From NCBI RefSeq assembly GCF_007748075.1, contig NZ_CP036280.1:180001-212000 (forward strand): a stretch of DNA of 32,000 nucleotides, written 5' to 3'. Below are positions 9,117 through 15,870 of this stretch, piece by piece. The stretch's first letter is position 1. Each line of letters begins with the position of its first letter. A program made the position numbers and the translations under genes. The notes under the pieces were generated by a model. It saw only the letters and a list, made by a program, of their open reading frames with translations. It was not told where the DNA came from and made no database searches. This DNA comes from Mucisphaera calidilacus (GTDB lineage Bacteria > Planctomycetota > Phycisphaerae > Phycisphaerales > Phycisphaeraceae).

Positions 9117-9911
9117 ATGCGTGGATGGATGAGCGCGGCCGCTGTGGCGGCCTGCGGAATCATGGTGGGCAACGCCGAGGCGACGAGCGTCGTGACGCTC
9201 GACTGGCAGGGTTACGTCGGCGGCAGCATCAAGACGAATCTGGGCAACCGCAACGCGGGCCTGATGCGTTGGAGCCAGTCGGCGGGCGACGCGGTCTCGG
9301 TGAACCTGACCGACGTCACCAAGAAGTCGGGTGGCGGGACGATCACGGGCTTCCTGGCCTTCTGCATCGAGCCGCTCGAGTCGCTGCACAACGGCGGCAA
9401 CGAGTTCGCGGTGCTCGAGCCTGAGCAGGCCCCGAACAAGCCGGCCCCGATGGGCGCGATCCGTGCCGAGAACATGGGCAAGCTGTTCGAGGTTGGCTTC
9501 CTGGGCACGTCGGAAGACGACTGGAAGGTCAACGGCTCGTTCGACATGAACTACATCAAGGCGTTCCAGCTCGCGGTGTGGGAGGTTGTGAACGAGGCCG
9601 TGGTGAACGGCATGCAGACGCTGAACATCCTCAAGGGTGACACGGCGGACCGCGGCGGCTTCTACAGCAACTACTCGGACAGCCACGCGATTGCCTCGCT
9701 GTCGCAGAGCCTGCTCGATCAGGCGATGGCCTCGGACACCTCGGCGAACCTGATTGCCTTCGGTGCTCCGTTTGAGGACGTGACGCGTCGCAGCCAGGAT
9801 CAGATCACGCTGTCCTCGACGCCCCCGGCTCCGCCCATGGTCCCGACGCCCGCCGCCGCCGCGGCCGGCCTCCTGGGTCTGGCGGGTCTCGCGGGTCGCC
9901 GTGGCCGCTAA
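9117..9911 (+). CDS. Secreted PEP-CTERM-anchored protein with thioester-domain-like Cys and Gln motifs
   Basis: Start at ATG 9117 (GGGAGA RBS). The signal peptide is MRGWMSAAAVAACGIMVGNAEA. The C-terminus is PPMVPTPAAAAAGLLGLAGLAGRRGR: a Pro-rich motif, a hydrophobic helix and an Arg cluster, which is PEP-CTERM-type architecture. Internal FCIEP and FQLAVWE motifs are discussed in the findings. Confidence 0.75.
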   Translation: MRGWMSAAAVAACGIMVGNAEATSVVTLDWQGYVGGSIKTNLGNRNAGLMRWSQSAGDAVSVNLTDVTKKSGGGTITGFLAFCIEPLESLHNGGNEFAVLEPEQAPNKPAPMGAIRAENMGKLFEVGFLGTSEDDWKVNGSFDMNYIKAFQLAVWEVVNEAVVNGMQTLNILKGDTADRGGFYSNYSDSHAIASLSQSLLDQAMASDTSANLIAFGAPFEDVTRRSQDQITLSSTPPAPPMVPTPAAAAAGLLGLAGLAGRRGR

Positions 9912-9946
9912 CCCGACAGCAGTCTTGTGGCCTTGTTGATTCCATC

Positions 9947-9984
9947 AAAACGCCGTGCCCCGTTCTGGGGTACGGCGTTTTTTT
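9947..9984. terminator. Strong, potentially bidirectional rho-independent terminator
   Basis: AAAA, CGCCGTGCCCC (9951-9961), loop GTTCT, GGGGTACGGCG (9967-9977), then TTTTTTT (9978-9984). It sits between convergent genes. Confidence 0.8.
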
Positions 9985-10013
9985 GTGTGTGACGGTTGAA
10001 GCGTGGCGGTGGA

Positions 10014-10223
10014 TCAGGCGGCGTCGTCTTCGGGCAGCTTGAGGCCGGGGACGACCTGGCCGTGCGCGACCTCGGTGCAGCGTGTGAGCAGTGCCTTGGG
10101 GTGCTCATGGGCGAGGCGGCGTTCGGCGTCGTGTCGGTCGGCGGCGATGAACTTGACGCGTCGGCGGAGGACGCCGTTGGCGTCGATGAAGTCCATCTCG
10201 AACTGTCGTGCGAATTCGGGCAT
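10014..10223 (-). CDS. Small hypothetical protein (69 aa)
   Basis: Codon position 3 is very GC-rich (ccc, ttc, gac, atc, gcc, aac, ggc, gtc and so on) and the composition is non-repetitive. The overlapping plus-strand ORF is G/V/D/E-rich and shadow-like. The start lies only about 30 nt downstream of a terminator, so expression is uncertain. Confidence 0.4.
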   Translation of the reverse strand: MPEFARQFEMDFIDANGVLRRRVKFIAADRHDAERRLAHEHPKALLTRCTEVAHGQVVPGLKLPEDDAA

Positions 10224-10254
10224 GGTGCTGATCTCGTCGGTTGATCCCTGGGCG

Positions 10255-10285
10255 AAAAAGACGACGGATCGGTGGATCCGCCGCC
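10255..10285 (-). terminator. Rho-independent terminator downstream of the HDOD gene
   Basis: The minus strand reads GGCGGCGGATC-CACC-GATCCGTCGTC-TTTTT: an 11-bp stem with two G-U pairs and a 4-nt loop. It lies 30 nt after the stop at 10315. Confidence 0.75.
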
Positions 10286-10314
10286 CGGAGGGAAAAGAGA
10301 GATACGGTTGTCGC

Positions 10315-11220
10315 TCATCCGTTCATGAGCGCGGAAGCTTCGTCGTAGGCCGCGGGGAGGCTTTCGAGGACGCGGTCGATGGCCTCGGGTTCGAGCCCGA
10401 GTGTTTCGAGCCATTCGGCCTTGGGCTCGGTGCGGTCTTCGCCACGCGTGAAGCCGAAGCCGGCCTTGGCGGCGAGGCAGTCGGCGACGGCGACGATGGT
10501 GGGCAGGACGGCTTCCTCGCCGTCGAAGCGTTCGGGCTCGTGGTGGCCGCCGATGACGTTGACCAGGGCGGGCGGGAACTTCCAGCTGCGTGCCAGGACG
10601 CGGCCGAAGTCCTCGTGCGAGGCGTTGAAGGTCTTGAACTCGACCTCGCGGAACGAGATGTTTTCGTCGGCGAGGACGGTCTCGATGCACTGGATGAACT
10701 TGGGCCGACGCGACTGGATCTCGACCATGAGGCCGAGGTCGTGGATGAGTCCTGCGAGGAAGGCTTCGTCGAGGTAGCCCATCGAGAGCTCGTTGACGAG
10801 CAGCCGTGCGCCGGCGGCGGTGGCGATGCTGTGGAGCCAGAGGTCCTTGGCGGAGAAGCCCTCGGTGATCTTGCCGCTGCGGAAGAGCTTGGTGAGGCTG
10901 GCGGCGATGGCGATGTTCTTGATGGCGTTGAGCCCGAGCAGGACGATGGCCCGGTTGATGGAGCCCACCTGTGCCGGGACGCCGTAGAAGGCGGAGTTAA
11001 CGACCTTGAGGATGCGGGCGCCGAGCGCGGGGTCGTTCTGGATGACCAGATTGAGATCCTGCGCGGTGGCGTTGGGATCGTCGATCAGGTCCATGATCTT
11101 GGTGGTGACTTCGGGCAGGGTGGCGATGTGGCTGATCTCGCGGATCGCCGGCTCGACAACCTTCTCGGCTTTGGTGATGCGTGCTTCGATCTCTGCTTTG
11201 CTGGTTCCGGATGCGGCCAT
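10315..11220 (-). CDS. HDOD domain-containing signalling protein
   Basis: LPEVTTKIMDLIDDPNATAQDLNLVIQNDPALGARILKVVNSAFYG, LWLHSIATAAGARLL and GLIHDLGLMV match the HDOD (HD-related output domain) pattern. I prefer the ATG at 11220 (GAGAGGGA RBS) over the ATG at 11310. Confidence 0.85.
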   Translation of the reverse strand: MAASGTSKAEIEARITKAEKVVEPAIREISHIATLPEVTTKIMDLIDDPNATAQDLNLVIQNDPALGARILKVVNSAFYGVPAQVGSINRAIVLLGLNAIKNIAIAASLTKLFRSGKITEGFSAKDLWLHSIATAAGARLLVNELSMGYLDEAFLAGLIHDLGLMVEIQSRRPKFIQCIETVLADENISFREVEFKTFNASHEDFGRVLARSWKFPPALVNVIGGHHEPERFDGEEAVLPTIVAVADCLAAKAGFGFTRGEDRTEPKAEWLETLGLEPEAIDRVLESLPAAYDEASALMNG

Positions 11221-11336
11221 GGTGTCCCTCTCGTGGAATAAATGAAGACCTGTCTGGGGGATCGGTGCGGGCTGGGCGGGACTTGATGGCGTCCAGTTAA
11301 TCTGCCTCATTGCAGGGCGGATGAGGTGGGTCTAGC

Positions 11337-11633
11337 ATGGCTGTGATGGCTTGGGGATTTCGCCTGAATCAGTTCGATGGGCCCGGTTTTGATCCGGGTC
11401 GGGTTGCGCGGGCCAACTGGCCTGCGGCGATGTCGTTGCTGGTGGCCGGGGTTGTGGTTCTGATCCCGCTGATCGCGTTGCTGGCCGTCGGGATCGCGGT
11501 GGGGATGCTCTGCTACCTGGTGTTATCGGTCGTTGCGGGCGTGATGAACGTGGTGAGCGGCGTCTTCGGCCCGAGGGGGGGCGGCCGCGGGCGTGACTCG
11601 GACGGCCGGGAGAATGTTCGGGTGATTCGATGA
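11337..11633 (+). CDS. Small membrane protein (98 aa), first gene of the MscS/Mla-like operon
   Basis: A long hydrophobic core (AAMSLLVAGVVVLIPLIALLAVGIAVGMLCYLVLSVVAGVMNVV) is followed by a Gly/Arg-rich tail GPRGGGRGRDSDGRE. The stop overlaps the next start (ATGA at 11630-11633). Confidence 0.55.
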   Translation: MAVMAWGFRLNQFDGPGFDPGRVARANWPAAMSLLVAGVVVLIPLIALLAVGIAVGMLCYLVLSVVAGVMNVVSGVFGPRGGGRGRDSDGRENVRVIR

Positions 11634-13243
11634 TCGCGGCGATGCGTTACCTGGTGCTGGTTCTGGCGGTTTCCCTGTTGGTGCCGGTGGCGGCGCAGGA
11701 TTTTGGGATGGACCCGCTGCTGATGCCGCCGGCCGAGTCAGCGGAGGTGCCCAAGACGAGCGAGGCGGGGTCGGAGCCGGAGGCGGCGGCGGGCGGGGCG
11801 TTGCAGGCGTCGGCGGAGGATGATCGCGCGGAGTACCTGGATGATGCGCGTTGGAAGGTGCTCCGGGACGTGATCGAGGATCGAGCCCCGGCGTGGATGA
11901 TCGAGGACGGCGCGCTGGGGGTGGCGTACTGGCAGTGGATCAGCGTGCTGCTGTTTATTTTCGGCGCGGTGGTGATCGATTACTCGGTGCAGATCGTGCT
12001 TCGGGTGGCGATCAACCGGTTGTTGAAGGAGCAGGGGGCGCACGCCCGCCGGGATGAGCTGCGCAAGACGCTGCGTCCCTTCGGCCTGACCGCGGGTGCC
12101 TTGTTCTGCCTGGTGACGCTGAACTTCCTGCAGTTTGACGGGGTGGTGTACGCGATCGCGCACGGCTCGCTGGCGATCTTCACGGTGCTGACGGGTTCGG
12201 TGTCGGCGTGGCGTTTTATTGATCTGGTGGGCGACGTGTTTGCCCGCTACGCACAGAACACGAGCACGCGTTTTGATGACGTGCTGATCCCGCTGATCCG
12301 CAAGACGCTCAAGCTGTTCGTGCTGGTGCTGGGCTTTGTGTACGCGTCGACGTCGCTGGGGCTGAACCCGTGGCCGATCGCCGCGTCGCTGGGCCTGGGC
12401 GGTGTGGCGTTTGCGTTTGCGGCGAAGGACACGGTGGAGAACTTCTTCGGCTCGCTCGCGGTGCTGGTGGACCGTCCGTTTGATGTGGGCGACTGGGTGG
12501 TGATTGACGGTCAGGAGGGGACGATCGAGTCGGTGGGTTTCCGGTCGACCCGGGTGCGGACGTTCTACAACTCGCAGATCACGATCCCGAACGCGAATCT
12601 GGTGCGTGCCGCGGTGGATAACTACGGGCGTCGTCGTTATCGGCGGTGGAAGACGACGATGGGCCTGCAGTACGACACGCCGCCCGACAAGCTGCTGGCG
12701 TTCGCTGAGGGCGCCCGGGAGCTGGTGCGTCAGCACCCGTTTACGCGCAAGGACTACTACCAGGTGTGGGTGAACGAATTCAACGCGTCGAGCATCGACG
12801 TGCTGCTCTATATGTTCTTTGACGTACCGGACTGGAGCACGGAGCTGCGTGAGCGTGAGCGTCTGCTGGTGGATCTGGTCCGGCTGGCAGACCAGGTGGG
12901 CGTGAGTTTCGCGTTCCCGACGACGACGGTGCACCTCAAGCAGGACGAGGGTGATCCGGTTTATAAGCAGCACGAGCGTCCCAAGCGGATCACGGACCGG
13001 TTGGCAATGCTCCAGGGCGCTCGGGCGGCGCGTTCGATCATCAGCGATCAGCCCTGGCGTGAGACGCTGCCGGACCCCGTGGATTACGGGAAGAATGACC
13101 TGGGTCTTGAACTGGACGCGGCGGGTAATCCGATAGAACCGGTGGAGACGCAGGTTTCGGACGATCCCGAGACGGCGTCGGAGGACGGTGTCGAGGTCGG
13201 GGAGGCCGGAGAGGATACCGAGCCCAGACGAGAGACCCTGTGA
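11630..13243 (+). CDS. MscS-family mechanosensitive ion channel protein
   Basis: 537 aa with an N-terminal signal peptide. The MscS core is AFAAKDTVENFFGSLAVLVDRPFDVGDWVVIDGQEGTIESVGFRSTRVRTFYNSQITIPNANL. Confidence 0.92.
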   Translation: MIAAMRYLVLVLAVSLLVPVAAQDFGMDPLLMPPAESAEVPKTSEAGSEPEAAAGGALQASAEDDRAEYLDDARWKVLRDVIEDRAPAWMIEDGALGVAYWQWISVLLFIFGAVVIDYSVQIVLRVAINRLLKEQGAHARRDELRKTLRPFGLTAGALFCLVTLNFLQFDGVVYAIAHGSLAIFTVLTGSVSAWRFIDLVGDVFARYAQNTSTRFDDVLIPLIRKTLKLFVLVLGFVYASTSLGLNPWPIAASLGLGGVAFAFAAKDTVENFFGSLAVLVDRPFDVGDWVVIDGQEGTIESVGFRSTRVRTFYNSQITIPNANLVRAAVDNYGRRRYRRWKTTMGLQYDTPPDKLLAFAEGARELVRQHPFTRKDYYQVWVNEFNASSIDVLLYMFFDVPDWSTELRERERLLVDLVRLADQVGVSFAFPTTTVHLKQDEGDPVYKQHERPKRITDRLAMLQGARAARSIISDQPWRETLPDPVDYGKNDLGLELDAAGNPIEPVETQVSDDPETASEDGVEVGEAGEDTEPRRETL

Positions 13244-14076
13244 CGCACCCGGCTTTTGCTCTGACACAACATGGTTGGCTGCGACGGCTGCTGCGCCCGT
13301 GGTCGCTGCTGATGCGGACCTCGGAGCGGGGGCTGATCATCTTTGCGGCGGTGGGGGCTGCGCTGCGTCTGGCGGTGCGTCCGTCGACGTGGAACCGTGC
13401 GGTGCGTGAGGAGTTAGCCCGTCAGGTGATCAACGCGGGCCTGTTCGCGGTGCCCGCGGCGGCGTTGGCGGGGATCGGCGTCGGGGTCTTCATCGTGGTT
13501 CAGGCCCAGCAGTGGCTGGACCGTTTGGGGCACGTCTCGCTGCTGGGGCCGCTGCTGGTGGTGGGCGTGGTCCGGGAGATCGCTCCGCTGGTCACGAACC
13601 TGCTGGTGATCGGGCGCAGCGGGTCGTCGATGACGACCGAGGTGGCGAACATGAAGATGCTGGGGGACGTGGACCTGCTTGAGGCGCAGGGGATCGACCC
13701 GTTTGTCTACCTGGTGGTGCCGAGGATTCTCGGGATGGGGATCGCGGTGTTGTGCCTGAACCTGATCGTGCTGCTGGTGAGTCTGATCAGCGGTCGTCTG
13801 CTGGTGCTGATCGTGAGTTCGGACCCGACGCCTATGGTTGCGTTCGCGGACAACGTGCTGCGTTCGCTGGAGGTGATCGATGTGTTCAACCTGCTGGCGA
13901 AGACGGTGCTGACGGGCATGCTCACCGGCGCGATCTGCTGCGTGACGGGGTTGCAGGCGGCGCCGCACCCGCTGGCGGTGGCGGCTGCGTCGCGTGCGTC
14001 GTTCATGCGTTGCATGGCGGCGTTGCTGACGGTGTCGGGTTTTGTGTCGCTGAGCATGTATCTGGATCTGGTGTGA
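13240..14076 (+). CDS. mlaE: MlaE-family ABC transporter permease
   Basis: The MlaE signature region is VREIAPLVTNLLVIGRSGSSMTTEVANMKMLGDVDLLEAQGIDPFVYLVVPRILG. The GTG start overlaps the mscS stop (GTGA at 13240-13243). Confidence 0.88.
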   Translation: MTHPAFALTQHGWLRRLLRPWSLLMRTSERGLIIFAAVGAALRLAVRPSTWNRAVREELARQVINAGLFAVPAAALAGIGVGVFIVVQAQQWLDRLGHVSLLGPLLVVGVVREIAPLVTNLLVIGRSGSSMTTEVANMKMLGDVDLLEAQGIDPFVYLVVPRILGMGIAVLCLNLIVLLVSLISGRLLVLIVSSDPTPMVAFADNVLRSLEVIDVFNLLAKTVLTGMLTGAICCVTGLQAAPHPLAVAAASRASFMRCMAALLTVSGFVSLSMYLDLV

Positions 14077-14077
14077 G

Positions 14078-14836
14078 ATGATCGTGACGCACCCCGAGCC
14101 GCCGGCGGCCGAGACGGACACGCGGAGCGTGGAGCGTCTGGTGCTGCGTGATGTTGACCTGCCCGCGGGTCGTCAGCACGATACGCGACTGAGTGGCGTG
14201 AATCTGTCGCTGGGCGTGGGCGAGATGGTGATCGTTCAGTCGGAGCCGGAGCGGCCGCGTCTGCCGCTGGCCGACGCGATCATGGGGTTGACGGACACGG
14301 CGGGCGGGAGCATCGCGGTGGACGACTCGTCGTGGGATGACCTGACGCCTGCGCGTGCGGCCCGGCTTCGGAGCCAGATCGGGCGGGTGTTCGATCACGA
14401 CCGGTGGCTGAGCGGGCTGACGCTCGAGGAGAATGTTTTTCTCGCGGCGCGGTATCACCACCAGATGCGTGAGGAGACGATGGTGGTGGAGGCAGTGCGT
14501 CTGGCGGAGAGTTTTGGTCTGGCGGGCTTGCCGACGAGCCTGCCGTCGCGGTCGCCTGTCGAGCTGCGTCAGAAGGTGGCGTGGATCCGTGCGCTGCTGG
14601 GGCCTCGTCGTCTGCTGATCCTTGAGCAGCCGCTGGGTGGTGTTTCGGCGCAGGACGCGCGTGCGTTGGGGCGTTCGTTGGGGCAGTTTCGGGCGCAGGG
14701 TGCGGCGGTGATCTGGATCACGGACGTCCCGGTGCCGATCGACTGGCCCGGGATGCTGCCCGATTACCTGGCGCGTGTGACGGGGACCGAGTTGGCGGTG
14801 GAGCCGGGGATGCTGCCGCGTGGAGGAGATCCATGA
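14078..14836 (+). CDS. MlaF-like ABC nucleotide-binding-domain homologue with degenerate catalytic motifs (probable pseudo-ATPase)
   Basis: Colinear with E. coli MlaF as recalled from memory. Walker A GPSGxGKT is replaced by SEPERPRL. The Q-loop Q is replaced by D (FDHDRW). The signature LSGG is replaced by RSPVEL. Walker B hhhhDE is replaced by LLILEQ. The H-loop SHD is replaced by ITDV. ATG lies 1 nt after the mlaE stop. Confidence 0.8.
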   Translation: MIVTHPEPPAAETDTRSVERLVLRDVDLPAGRQHDTRLSGVNLSLGVGEMVIVQSEPERPRLPLADAIMGLTDTAGGSIAVDDSSWDDLTPARAARLRSQIGRVFDHDRWLSGLTLEENVFLAARYHHQMREETMVVEAVRLAESFGLAGLPTSLPSRSPVELRQKVAWIRALLGPRRLLILEQPLGGVSAQDARALGRSLGQFRAQGAAVIWITDVPVPIDWPGMLPDYLARVTGTELAVEPGMLPRGGDP

Positions 14837-15870
14837 GTCGACCGCTGGTGCAACGATACGCGGGGCCGGTCGCCGGCCTGTTCGTGGTGAGTGTTCTGAT
14901 CCTGCTGCTGGTGCTGGTGCTGGCGGCGAGCAGCCGTGGCAACTGGTTTGCGCGCACGGTTCCGGTGACGGTGACGCTGCCGGAGGAGGGCGCATTTGGC
15001 CTGCGGCCGGGCGCGGACATCCAGATCCTCGGCATCGTCGCGGGCAACGTGACCGAGATCACGCTCGTGGGCGACCGCCTGGTGGCACAGGGACGGATCC
15101 GCGGGGATCTGGCGACGCTGCTGCGTGTGGATGTCCCGGTTTACCTGCGTCGCACGCTGCTGGTGTCGGGCGACACGTACCTGGAGATCGTGCGGAGCGA
15201 GGGGACGCCTTTTGCGGAGGGCGAGACGATGGTGCTGCGGGCGCAGACGGACCCGAGTCTCGAGTCGTTGCCCGGCGAGCTGCGCGAGACGCTGGCGTCG
15301 TTCACGCGTACCGCGCGGGCTTACGAGGGGTTGCTCGAACGCATCGAGGATCCGGAGGGGCGTGTGCAGCAGATCCTGGCGAACACCGAGTCGGTGACGC
15401 GTGAGATGGAGCGTGTGGTGGTGGCTTTTCGTGAGCAGGACGCGATCGGCATGATCGCGGACATGCGCGAACGTGTGGACCGGATCATCGCGTCGCTGGA
15501 CAACCTCGTGGGTGTGGCGACGGAGGGTGTGGAGACGGCGACGGCGACGGTGCGCACGGTCGAGGAGCAGCTGACCTACCTGCCGGAGCTGGCGGAGGCG
15601 TCGGCGGAGACGATCAGGCTGGTGCAGGGAAACCTGACGCAGCTGCGTGAGATCATCGAGTCGCTCGAGCGTGTGACCGAGACGCTGAGCGACGAGCTGC
15701 GTGACTCGCCTGGCGTGCTGATGCAGGTCCGTTCGACGCTCAAGGAGCTCGAGTCGTTGAGCCGGGCGTTGCGTCGGAGCTGGCTGGTGACGGGACCGGA
15801 GCTGGGGCGGGAGCCGTCGGACGGTCCGGATGAGCCGGTGGGTGGCGTTGATCTGATTGGGAATCGCTGA
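14833..15870 (+). CDS. mlaD: MlaD/MCE-domain protein with a long coiled-coil C-terminal region
   Basis: An N-terminal TM helix (VAGLFVVSVLILLLVLVLAA) is followed by an MCE domain (VTVTLPEEGAFGLRPGADIQILGIVAGNVTEITLVGDRL…) and about 190 aa of helical E/L/R-rich sequence. ATGA overlap with the upstream gene, and a GGAGGAG RBS. Confidence 0.85.
   Translation: MSRPLVQRYAGPVAGLFVVSVLILLLVLVLAASSRGNWFARTVPVTVTLPEEGAFGLRPGADIQILGIVAGNVTEITLVGDRLVAQGRIRGDLATLLRVDVPVYLRRTLLVSGDTYLEIVRSEGTPFAEGETMVLRAQTDPSLESLPGELRETLASFTRTARAYEGLLERIEDPEGRVQQILANTESVTREMERVVVAFREQDAIGMIADMRERVDRIIASLDNLVGVATEGVETATATVRTVEEQLTYLPELAEASAETIRLVQGNLTQLREIIESLERVTETLSDELRDSPGVLMQVRSTLKELESLSRALRRSWLVTGPELGREPSDGPDEPVGGVDLIGNR

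Noticed and set aside
10003-11241. A 412-aa plus-strand ORF opposite the HDOD gene. Similar antisense ORFs are 11738-13267, 14003-14995 and 15891-16694 (opposite the MscS/Mla operon) and 7551-8420 and 8469-9686 (opposite argG).
   Set aside because: Gly/Val/Asp/Glu-rich or Arg/His/Pro-rich translations are characteristic of antisense frames in GC-rich genes. The sense-strand genes carry strong family signatures.
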